A stretch of DNA of 62,521 nucleotides, the filler included, from Globobulimina sp. (taxonomy: Eukaryota), in the NCBI GenBank assembly GCA_003354225.1. It is 29 parts of 29 records of this genome, joined end to end, with 100 filler letters (N's around TTAATTAATTAA, not from the genome) between each part and the next. Parts side by side here need not be neighbours in the genome. Positions count along the whole stretch, not along the records: positions 36,722 to 38,780 come from PIVH01009354.1; positions 38,881 to 40,939 come from PIVH01009355.1; positions 41,040 to 43,098 come from PIVH01009356.1; positions 43,199 to 45,257 come from PIVH01009357.1; positions 45,358 to 47,415 come from PIVH01009358.1; 24 more parts are not named here. One strand, 5' to 3'. This document shows, piece after piece, positions 36,843 to 47,515 of this stretch (within the stretch, counting starts at the first letter, position 1; each line of letters opens with the position of its first letter). Under the pieces are notes generated by a model, which searched no databases, was not told the DNA's origin, and worked only from the letters and a program-made list of their open reading frames with translations. The translations under genes and the position numbers were made by a program.

Positions 36843-37616
36843 ATGAAGACAAATCAAAACAAGCCGACGACAAATCCGATACAAATACAAAATGTAAAAT
36901 TGGTAGTAATGGGTGATTCTGGTGTTGGTAAGACGGCTGTGATTGTATCATATCATGAGGATGGATTACCAAATCAGCATTTACCTCATGTTTATGATAA
37001 TGTTGTTGCTCAAATACGGAAAAATAACATTGATATTCATTTGGGACTATGGGATGTATCTGGACATGCCGAGTATGACCGACTGAGACCATTATCATAC
37101 CCAAGAACTGATGTGTTTTTATTAATGTATGATATTGCAAACAAGGAATCATTTTTAAATTTACGCAATAAATGGTGTGTGGAGAAGCAGCATCATGTTC
37201 CAGATGCGGCATTTGGTATTGTTGGATGTAAAAAGGATCTGAGAAAGCTAATGGAAACAGCACCAGTCAATGATGAGATGAATGAAAACATATTATTGCT
37301 TGTTATTTGTCATTGGTTGCATGAATGCAATATAAATATGCAGAAAATGGACAAAAGTGTATTGGATATGATTGTGAGTTATAGTCAGTGTCTGAGATCA
37401 AGAAAAGATTATGTCCGATATGAAGATGGTGAACATATGGCAATGCAATTGGGTGCTTGTGGCTATATGGAATGCTCTGCGTTATCAAGAGAAGGATTGG
37501 AAGAATTATTTGAAGCAGCATGCGAATGGGCAATGCGTAAATAGGATTCAGCCACGATTTTGCGGAAACAATATGACAAAAAATACAAAAATAAAAAGGA
37601 TTGTGTCATTTTGTAG
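36843..37616 (+). CDS. Atypical Rho GTPase with helical-module insert; in-frame TAG at 37542-37544 precedes the CAAX tail
   Basis: GDSGVGKT, WDVSGH, YDRLRPLSYP, GCKKDLR, YMECSA; downstream frame DSATILRKQYDKKYKNKKDCVIL-TAG. Confidence 0.9.
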
Positions 37617-37656
37617 ATATATGCTGAGCCGGCTGAAAAATAACACTTTGCCGAAC

Positions 37657-38780
37657 ATGACGTCTTCTTTTCAAGCAATGTTTTTATTTTCGTGGTCATT
37701 CCTGATTATTATTGTGATCTCGACATGCAATCGAACCGATACTAAACTCGATTTCAATTACTATCCCAAATTAAAAATCCCAGTCATTGCGTTATCTGAC
37801 ACCAACAACGTAAACGACATGATATTAAATGCTATGTTGTTCGACGAAAGCATCAAAAACTATGGTATCGCTTTATTACAACTCGATAGCACAGAATCAC
37901 AAAAAACATTTGATTTAACATATGACGCAGTCACAAATTTTTTCAAAAATACAAGTTATGGCTATAGAAACAATTTCGTTCTTTCTGGTTCATATTATCC
38001 CTTTGGCCGCGAACAATATACTTTAAAACGACAAATGATGGAACAATTAATATCATCCGTTGCTAAAACTGATAAAGATTTTTTTAACACCACTCAAAAA
38101 GCAGAACCCTTAGATTCTTATTACGTATTTCAACAACAACATAAATTTAAATTTGATTTTAATGACAAATTTGTTGCCAAAATACCAGTCGATTTTCGTC
38201 AAGAAACTGTAGAAACATTTTACGAATTTCATGCCATATTTAAGAAAATAATGCATTTGGCATCAATAGCTCTTGGGTTTAATGGTAATGTCTTGATGAA
38301 TGATGAGGAATTATTATTTGATGAATACGCGCATAATTTGAAATATGCGCATTATTTAAGATTACATACAAAGAATCAAACGGATATACAGTATGATAAA
38401 AGAATGGATATTTGCCATTTTCCATATAGATATGGCATACATTTTGATGTCGGCGTGGTAACATTACAGAGAATGGATCCCAACATGCAGGGATTTCAAA
38501 TATTTGTCAATGATCAATGGTATTCTATCGATGCCAACCATTATCCAACAAATTCAATTTTAGTGTTGAATGGTAAGCATATGGAATATTGGACCAATGG
38601 GTATTGGAAAGCGAGTATTCATCGTGTTTTAAGCGATTATCAACATAGGATTCCTTTGTTATTTTTTACGCAACCTTCAGCAAATCTTGTTATTCAACCT
38701 ATAAATGGTTGCAAGGTCTGTAAAAATCATGACTCACAAGCTCAATATGATGACATTTATGGGAAAACTACCAATCAATT
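37657..38780 (+). CDS. 2-oxoglutarate/Fe(II) dioxygenase (IPNS-like), signal peptide, 3'-truncated
   Basis: IPVIAL, YGI..L, HFD, SIHRV, RIPLLFF; probable start MTSSFQ. Confidence 0.85.
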
Positions 38781-38880
38781 NNNNNNNNNNNNNNNNNNNN
38801 NNNNNNNNNNNNNNNNNNNNNNNNTTAATTAATTAANNNNNNNNNNNNNNNNNNNNNNNNNNNNNNNNNNNNNNNNNNNN

Positions 38881-39239
38881 GTATTATGAACGGATGGCAA
38901 GCCAACTTCATTGTTTGCACGAGATATGAGGAATGCAGTGGTTTCCATGTTCTTCAGAAATGTAAACCACTGCAGCAACAAACGCGGTGGAAAAAACAAC
39001 GAGATAAGCCATGATTGTGTGGTCCATGAATATGTTTTGTTGTGCAAAGATGTCATATTTATGCCCACGTCCACTGCCAATGGGAAATACACATCAATGA
39101 ATACATTGTATGCGTACCCTTTATATCCTCGTACTGGATCGTTGTAACCGCAGTCAAAATGATTCATCAAAACCATACGAACATCGGTAATCTCGTCGCT
39201 TGATTGGCTCTTACTTGTCTTCAGCAACAACGCAAACAT
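38881..39239 (-). CDS. GH38-like/DUF5054-type secreted protein, N-terminal fragment
   Basis: VLMNHFDCGY, YFPLA, WTTQSWLISL. Confidence 0.6.
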
Positions 39240-39266
39240 AAATACGCAACAAACCGAAGCAGTGCC

Positions 39267-39358
39267 ACTGAGCTAATTTATTGTGGAGAGCGATCAACTC
39301 CAAAAGTTGAAGTCCGATCACGGTGATGGAAATTAGCTCAATAGTTGTGACTGCAGTG
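39267..39358 (+). mobile_element. Hairpin element copy 3
   Basis: TGAGCTAATT...TCAACTCCAAAAGTTGA...AATTAGCTCAATAGTTGTGACTGCAGTG. Confidence 0.85.
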
Positions 39359-39490
39359 GATGTGATGTAATCCTTTATATTTTAATCTCATAATATCATA
39401 TATATTATATATATATATATTTATTATATTCCCATAATTGAAGATTTGTTGTACATTTTGATATTTGTTTGTTACTTTTGAGTTCACAAC

Positions 39491-39590
39491 CACTACAGAC
39501 ACATACTGCAGTCACAACTGTTGAGCGAATTTTCATTATGGTACTTCAACTTTTGGAGTTAATCGCTCACCACAATAAATTAGCTCAATA
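39491..39590 (-). mobile_element. Hairpin element copy 4, inverted relative to copy 3
   Basis: Reverse complement reads TTGAGCTAATTTATTGTGGTGAGCGATTAACTCCAAAAGTTGAAG...GTGACTGCAGTATGTGTCTGTAGTG. Confidence 0.85.
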
Positions 39591-39940
39591 ACGGTGTAGA
39601 GGTATCCAAAAAACACATCAAAAATATGGCCAAGTCTGTATTAACTCTCACAAGCAACGAACAAATATCAATACTCCCAAAAAAACTAAATTTATGGGAA
39701 TACATTATTAATTGATTGGCAATGCAAACAATTCATTCTTTACGACATTATTTAAAATTTATTATTATTTGCAATAGAACATGAAACATTTCCTGTTGTT
39801 GCCATAAAATGCAAGGCTCCATCTAATTTATCTGCAGTCAAATCCGCGGTGTTTCCAAAAGGTAGTATTCTAATTCTGAGTCATTTACATCAACACACAA
39901 AAACCTTTACCAACTCCCTTTTCCGGCCTTTGTTTCAACC

Positions 39941-40939
39941 ATGAATTATAGCCACTTGCTAACGCTAATAATAATATTAGCATATTTATCACAGACTTCA
40001 GTTTGTCAGACACATCAAGAAGAAGCAAATGCGCGCGCAAACCGAGGCTCCTTATCAGCCATTGGTAATATTCCTCGATATGGCGGCGATGCAACATTAG
40101 ATAGAGACGATTTTTCCGATCCAATGCCGTATCTAACTGGTATTATATCCATTGTAGCAATTCCGATATTATTTGTCGCATTTAGTGTGTTATTATGTCC
40201 CTTCTGGACATTGTGTAGATGCTGCAAATGTTGTTGTTGCCGAAAGAAAAGACCAAAAGATCCGATTACAAAATGCCAAATCTACACACCATATTTCATT
40301 GTGTTTAGTTGTGTCGTTGCAATCGTGGCCATGGTAGCAATCGCTTACGGAGCAAATGTAGATTTTAGTGGAGCATTGTTGTACAACGAAGGAGAAGGTG
40401 TAGATGGTAATTTATTTGGTGTGGCAGAAGAGTTTATGTCTGATGGTGTAAATAAAACGTATACCATCAAATTGATAACAATGTCAATCAAAGAAAATGT
40501 GATTTCCGCCATTGATGGGGTCCAAGATATATTGAATGATACCTCGATATTGACAGTTGGTTCCACCACATTAATAAATATGTTATACAGCATTTCCAAT
40601 CTATGGAATGGGTACAACGTAACAACGACGTATGACTCTCAAACTTATTCCTTTGAGTGCACATTTTGCACCACATTCAGCCAAACAATCAATAACATTA
40701 CGAATCAAATTGATGACCAAACTGGCCCAATATTTGAATCCTTAAATTCCACAGTTTCAGCCATTGGGTCCACGCTATTAAACGTCGAAGGCGACATTAT
40801 TGAGCAAATAGATGGCTTTATTGAGCAAATTGGTGATGTGCATGATGAGGTGATGTCGGCTGAGGACACGGTGCTTTCCGCTCGGCCAGCCATCGAAGAT
40901 TATAATAATAAGCGCGAGATTGGCTATAATATCATATTT
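39941..40939 (+). CDS. Tweety/prominin-like multi-pass membrane protein, 3'-truncated
   Basis: Signal peptide, TM, poly-Cys juxtamembrane stretch, TM2, long helical ectodomain. Confidence 0.55.
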
Positions 40940-41039
40940 NNNNNNNNNNNNNNNNNNNNNNNNNNNNNNNNNNNNNNNNNNNNTTAATTAATTAANNNNN
41001 NNNNNNNNNNNNNNNNNNNNNNNNNNNNNNNNNNNNNNN

Positions 41040-43098
41040 GCACATTGTACGCCGATGACATCATATTAACAGCGAACAAAATCTCGCACCTACATAAACT
41101 CCTAAAAATATGCGAAACTCACAGTAATAAATGGCAATATCGATTCAATCAAAAAAAGTGTAAAACAATAATATATAATGATAACAGCATAAATAACAAC
41201 AACTTAAACACATATAATATTAATGATATATTCCTAATCAATCATGAATACCACAGCCATCCGCACATTGACAATAATAAACCAGCCCCAATGATACTTC
41301 TTCAAAAACCCATAAACAATCAAATAATGGCAATAAATATCCATAACCAAATGCAGAACTATAATAAAAACGAAATACCCCAAAAACACCTAAATCGATT
41401 CATTGACCATATCAAATTCTATAATAACATTAATGATAAGCCATTCCCAATCATGTGGGATAACATTCGCTATGATCGCCATTATTCTCCTTCAGTAATG
41501 CATCTAAAATTGCAACTGAACGGAACAAGTCTACACTGCACAACATTCATCAGATACCTTGGAGCAATGTTGTGCAGCTACGACATGACGAACCTGGTCT
41601 CAACGCAGTATACGAATGCGGTTTTTTTAAAAAAGCTTGACTGTAAAGCGAATATTCTCTCCACGTTGGATTTCAATCATATTTATATCCCCCTCAACGA
41701 TAAGATTAGAATCCTGAAGACATTCTATTTAGTATATACGGAGATATTCGCACAGGTTCTTGATTGTGACCAAATAAACTTGCAGGAAGCCACAAAAAAA
41801 CAACTGCAAACAATCAGCATACAAACAGGAATCAAAAAATTTGTCCCGGCGCAACTATATCTTTGGGCAGGTATCCCAACCCCATACGAACGGTGGATTT
41901 CCCTCAAACTTGCATTTTATTGGAAGCTCCTAAAAGGAGACAAGATCTCATTGATGCATAAGTGGGCCCATCTGCCACACATTCGTCACCATAAACTATA
42001 TAAGCAATACATTGACTTAAAAAGCAAGTGGCTACCCCCTCAAAAGCAGATAATCCATAATGAAATCCATTGGGTGGACCCGTATGACACCGTTACGCAC
42101 GCACATGAGCTAAAACCATTGATAGTCCTCCACCAACACAAACAAATTATAAAACAACTCAATAGATTCCATCCAATAAAAACATTAAACCATATAACCG
42201 ATAATTATAAATCAATGAACATATATGAGTCCGATGAATTAGCAGAATATATCAACAATGATATGATACTCACTTACCGAGAATTATTCTATAATTTTAA
42301 TAAAATGAGTAATCACTGCAATCTATGCCATACAAACACCAATGTCCCCATTGAATACCATTTAGTTATTCAGTGCCCACATTTAAACGCATTGAGACAT
42401 GAATATTGGAATCATGCCACATTCACATTCTCTAAAAGTGGAGCTGCCATCAACCACATCCATCATCACCTATATATGCAGAGATTGATTGAAATATGCA
42501 ATAATGTCAATTTACATAAAACCATATTCTGGAACATCATCTGTGGTGCCAACTATTATGACAGCGACACCAACAAATTTGCATACAAACACAGAGCAAT
42601 AAACATCAACACAACCAAAAACACCCTATATAGAGATGTCATCTCCCAGTCCCACAGATGGCTGCACCACGTCCTACAAATCAACAAAGACAGAAATAAC
42701 ATATGTAAGATACAATGCAAACATAATTTGGTACCATCTGAAAAAATAATCTTCCACATACGGAACGATAACATCAGTGAATGGCACCAATATAAACATA
42801 AATTGAACCCCAATGATATCGTAATTGCCACAGATTCCTCACATGACCCGCACACAAACACCACTGGAATAGGCATATGCATCATAGACAGAGGAAATGT
42901 ACATTGTTTTGCCCAACCAATAGGATCCCAGAGCAACCATTATGGCGAATTATATGCCATCCTTAAATCCAAATTCTTACTAAATTATTGCCGAATACAA
43001 ACAACAAACAGACGCATCTTAATCTTCACTGATTCATTATACAATTTCCTCCCTCTGATAATTACACCAAAACGAAAAGAAAAAAATCCAAACTCAGT
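41040..43098 (+). mobile_element. Non-LTR retrotransposon ORF2 fragment: RT C-terminal half, zinc finger, RNase H
   Basis: YADD, FNQKKC, RYLG; CNLC...H...QCP; RNase H TDSS...G.G...SNHYGELYAI...IFTDS; frame open over the whole contig. Confidence 0.93.
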
Positions 43099-43257
43099 NN
43101 NNNNNNNNNNNNNNNNNNNNNNNNNNNNNNNNNNNNNNNNNNTTAATTAATTAANNNNNNNNNNNNNNNNNNNNNNNNNNNNNNNNNNNNNNNNNNNNGA
43201 CGGCATGGTCAGTAATTTAAAAAAAAAATCAAAATAGAAACACTCCGATACATAATA

Positions 43258-44077
43258 TCATTTGAATATATATTCATTATCAATGTTAATTCCATATAAT
43301 TCTGTTGGTATACTAGCGACTCTTAGCTGTGTTTCCTTGTCATGTATGTTTATGTGAGGTACCCACCCTCTTTTCCTTCTGGGTAATTTGAATAGTTTCG
43401 GTTCCTCGTGATTTGAATCAGTGTCACCGACAATGCACCATTTTATTTCAAATTTGTCCAAATCCAAAAACATATCAATTTGACATTCTTTTTGCTTACA
43501 AAAATACCACGATGATGCATCATTATGTTCCTTGTAATCAATTCCATTTAAAAGCGGAAACCATTGATCACAATTTGCCATTCCGTACACTGAATAGGTT
43601 CCATTTTCAGTTGAATAAAATAAGCAATATAAAATTATAAATATACCGAGTTCATATGAGTCATCCATATGTTTCTTTTTTTGACTCAATCCATACAAAA
43701 TCCATCCCTTCGAGGGATTCTTTGTCTGTTTTTAATTAAGATATTAATTATAGAATATATTTAATATAATATGTGATATCTTAACGTACATGAAACCGCC
43801 AGCAATGTTTGCCTTTTTTAACAGCTCCAACATCACAAATTGCATAACAGTGCTGATTTTTTTTGCCTTTGATGCATTTATTATTGTCTTTTAATAACAC
43901 ATTCTTTGATTTATATTTGGCGCTAAATCTCAATATTTTGAATGTTTCCAAATAAAATGAGAGACATAAACGTATTATTTCAGTAGGCATTAACATTGAT
44001 GATGTTAATGATACTGCGTATTGTTTCCGTATGTAACCAAATACAAACAGTTCATTCTTCAATATATACGATTCCAT
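43258..44077 (-). CDS. Helical-module plus SPRY-like protein; exons 44077..43790 and 43725..43258
   Basis: LFVFGYIR...MPTEIIRLCLSFY; GKHCWRF, IDMFLDLD, WVPHINI; 64-nt intron. Confidence 0.8.
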
Positions 44078-44135
44078 GCTCAGAAGTTTTGTTTTGCAAA
44101 GTTTTTTAAAGAACGGATTTTTTAAATTACTGACC

Positions 44136-45143
44136 ATGTCTTCTTTCTCAGCCAGTGTTTTTGTGGACAAACACCATCCACACGTCTTGAAACGGTATAA
44201 AATATATATATGACTGCCTACTGTATATAGATAATAAAATTGAATCTATATAGAGTGATAACAGAATACCATGGAAAAGACGATGAGTGGAAAGCACAAG
44301 ATACAATACGCGTAGTTTGTCGTTTCCGGCCAGCAAATCGCAGCGAAAAGGCCTATTCGCGACAGAATAGGATATCTGACAAACCACCCCGTTATGAGAC
44401 GGCACATAGAATAGTTTTGTCGCGGAGTGACGGCAGAGATAAACAAAAAGCATCGACATCGACCTCAAAACAGAAGGCATTTATATGCACATTGGACCAC
44501 ATATTAAACCCTCAAACAACGCAAAAAGAAGTGTTTTATTTGGTGGGGCAACCGATGATTTTGTCGTGTTTACAGGGCTTCAATTCCACCATTTTTGCGT
44601 ATGGACAAAGTGGGTCTGGCAAAACGTGGACAATGTTCGGTCCCGAAGACAGCGGCGATGTTAACACCATCCATCAATTTGGTTTAATCCCTCGTTGTTT
44701 CATATATTTATTTCAAAAGTTGCAGCAAAACAACAACCAAAACAACAAAGTGACTATGCAGTTGCTTCAAATCTACAAACGCGATTTATTGGATTTACTG
44801 AACCCGAAATCCCGCGCAAAGTTAGTGATAAAAACGGATTTTCGAAACGACTCCGTTTTTGTGCAGAATCTGACCTCAATCCAAGTGTCGTCGGTCGAGG
44901 AAGCTTTTGCGTGTTTAACGGAGGCGCAGTCGAACAGAATCGTGGCATCCCACGCTTTGAACGCTGTGTCGTCGCGGTCTCACATGTTGGTGATGGTGAA
45001 TATTGTGCAGATATTCAAGGATGGCTCCCTCAAACGCTCTAAGCTGAACTTTGGAGACTTGGCCGGCTCCGAGGACTTAACCAAAGCATTGGGCAGAAAC
45101 CCGGAGCAAGAACGGAGAGAGGAAGCCATTGCGATCAACTCTT
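44136..45143 (+). CDS. Kinesin motor domain, interrupted after AINSS; join(44136..44194,44254..~45143)
   Basis: IRVVCRFRP, AYGQSGSGKT, NAVSSRSH, DLAGSE; 59-nt intron. Confidence 0.93.
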
Positions 45144-45491
45144 CCGATGGTTCTGCAGGTTTGAAAAGATCTGGTTATCAAACCTTTCAATCTTTTCAAT
45201 CTTTACATAGATCCTTTCAAACAAATCAAACTCAGATCCTTTCAAACTTTTCAATGANNNNNNNNNNNNNNNNNNNNNNNNNNNNNNNNNNNNNNNNNNN
45301 NTTAATTAATTAANNNNNNNNNNNNNNNNNNNNNNNNNNNNNNNNNNNNNNNNNNNNAATAAAAATTGAGGAAATATTGCGGCATAACAAGATTTATTTC
45401 GCATGAAACTCCGATACAAAAACGATTTATTTTGATATAACATTACCGATCGAGTGCAAGGATGAATAGCTGCCCAACAAACAAAATACAA

Positions 45492-46379
45492 TCAAAACCC
45501 AAAAACATTTTCAAATGAAAATTTTTTATTCGAATCATCAACATATCCGTCGGATCGATCTTCTTTATTCTTTTTCAATTTTTTTCCTTTTTTCTGTTTT
45601 TTCTGTTTTTTGGCTTTTGTTTTTCTTTTTTTTTTGGGCGAATTATTATCGTTTCCATAATCATTTATTTCACTGAATTTTCGCTTTTTTTTCCGATTAT
45701 TTTTTTGTTCCAATTCCTTATTTTTTCTCGCTTTTTTTTCTTTCATTTTTTCATCCATTTGTGAGAAATGTTTGGTTATGATATTATCAATGAATAATAA
45801 TCGATTATCATTGTTAATGGCTGTGTGTAATACATCGGTTGTGATTAAATTGTCTACATTCTTTATATTTTTTCTTTTGGATTTTTTGGTATCCAATGCA
45901 ACCACATTTAAATTTGACGGTGGATCTGAACCGTGACTTTTATTTGCATTTTTTCCAATGACAACATCATTACATTTGTTTAATAAATCATTTGTCAGTA
46001 ACTCCATGAATTTGATAACAGTTTGTGATGCGTTTGCTTTTACTTTACCGATTTGCTCATTCTTTTGCAGACATTTTTTAATACAATTTGTTGTATATGT
46101 TACTTTATGCTTTTTTGATGATGATTTAGCTGTATTGAGGCTTGATTGTTTTTTCTTGTTAGTGTTGTTTGTTGACAACGCTTTACATTCCTTTAGCTTT
46201 ATATGTAAACCATTGTTAAAATTATCGCTTTGTTTCAATGAGGACCATATCTCAGCGATCATGGCTATTTTTTCTTCTCTAGTCGATGATTCCATTTTTT
46301 CTGATGCAAACACAGCTTTTTGTAAAGCGTTGTATGCTGCAGATGACGGTTTATTGTACGAAGTCTGTGATTCTGCCAT
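45492..46379 (-). CDS. Histone-fold protein (NC2-alpha/NF-YC-like) with Lys-rich tail
   Basis: IKKCLQKNEQIGKV...ELLTNDLL...ITTDVLHTAI...LLFIDNII. Confidence 0.7.
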   Translation of the reverse strand: MAESQTSYNKPSSAAYNALQKAVFASEKMESSTREEKIAMIAEIWSSLKQSDNFNNGLHIKLKECKALSTNNTNKKKQSSLNTAKSSSKKHKVTYTTNCIKKCLQKNEQIGKVKANASQTVIKFMELLTNDLLNKCNDVVIGKNANKSHGSDPPSNLNVVALDTKKSKRKNIKNVDNLITTDVLHTAINNDNRLLFIDNIITKHFSQMDEKMKEKKARKNKELEQKNNRKKKRKFSEINDYGNDNNSPKKKRKTKAKKQKKQKKGKKLKKNKEDRSDGYVDDSNKKFSFENVFGF

Positions 46380-46494
46380 GATGCTAAGTAGTCAACTAAT
46401 TCTTTGATTTATTCAACTTTTTTTACAATCATTTTCTTGATCACGTCAATAAGCAACAATTCGGTCAATGAAAACATACACAAAATTCTTAATT

Positions 46495-47193
46495 TTATAA
46501 TGGAATCTGAAATATTTCCATTTCAGATATGGAGAAAGTATATTGCGTCTTTGTTCCAACCAATGTTTGGTGCTCCGGAATTTTATACCACAAATTTTTT
46601 TGAAGCGCACGATTACGACAACAGATATGCGTATTCTCACTCCACATCGGATAAATTACAATATCTGCGCCTGACGGTCCAAAAATAAAAAAATAGCCAT
46701 ATCCATTGTAAAATACTGCATTTTTGCCATTTGTGTTTTTAGTATCATAAATTTCCCTTTTTTTGTCAGGCGTTCCTTTGAATACATAGGTAAATGCATT
46801 GGCATCAGATAAATATTTGCAACTATCACCAGCCACAATATCAATAGTACAGTAACCACCAAATATGTAATTATCACATGATTTGATAACAAATAAATAA
46901 GGTCCATTACTGGTTAATAGTTTAAACATCGTCTTTTCATCACCACTGTCTCTGCTACATCTCATCAATAATTTTATAGTTGACAGTCTTTCAGCTGATA
47001 TCCGTGTGGATAATAAATCGAAGAAATCATTCAATTCTTGATCATTGTCATTGAAAATTAGTGAGTCCAATGGGATAAAATAAAAATGGAAACAAAGAGT
47101 AATAATATCATCTGGTACTACCAACTTTATATCATGCATAAGAATATATCCTTGCACTAAGATTTGGCTTCGTTGCTTTCGAGTATTAGACAT
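46495..47193 (-). CDS. Helical-module plus TLDc-domain protein
   Basis: LVQGYI...VPDDIITLCFHFY; LLMRCSRD, IFGGY, DANAF, FGPSGAD, F.ISEMEIF. Confidence 0.85.
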   Translation of the reverse strand: MSNTRKQRSQILVQGYILMHDIKLVVPDDIITLCFHFYFIPLDSLIFNDNDQELNDFFDLLSTRISAERLSTIKLLMRCSRDSGDEKTMFKLLTSNGPYLFVIKSCDNYIFGGYCTIDIVAGDSCKYLSDANAFTYVFKGTPDKKREIYDTKNTNGKNAVFYNGYGYFFIFGPSGADIVIYPMWSENTHICCRNRALQKNLWYKIPEHQTLVGTKTQYTFSISEMEIFQIPL

Positions 47194-47515
47194 TGTTCTT
47201 TTTTTACACGATGCTATTAAAAAGCTAGGTTCTCGTTTGTTGGAAAAAGTGGGAAAGGTTATCTATCTGAATATATCGATGAGTGGTCAGAGTGGAGAAA
47301 GCAAACAAAGATTAAAACTACACGTCATCATACCAAATCTATAAAGAAAATGATTTGTTCTCTGTTCAGTATACAACGTGATTTTTCATATATAAATGTT
47401 TTTAAATTTATTTTTNNNNNNNNNNNNNNNNNNNNNNNNNNNNNNNNNNNNNNNNNNNNTTAATTAATTAANNNNNNNNNNNNNNNNNNNNNNNNNNNNN
47501 NNNNNNNNNNNNNNN

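Noticed and set aside
37542-37544. Stop-codon reassignment (alternative genetic code)
   Set aside because: All three stops end genes right after terminal signals (SKL-TGA, CIIQ-TAA, CVIL-TAG), and long ORFs lack internal stops.
37411-37656. Overlapping N-terminal extension of the 2OG oxygenase
   Set aside because: Shadow frame over the Rho gene; a signal peptide starts at 37657.
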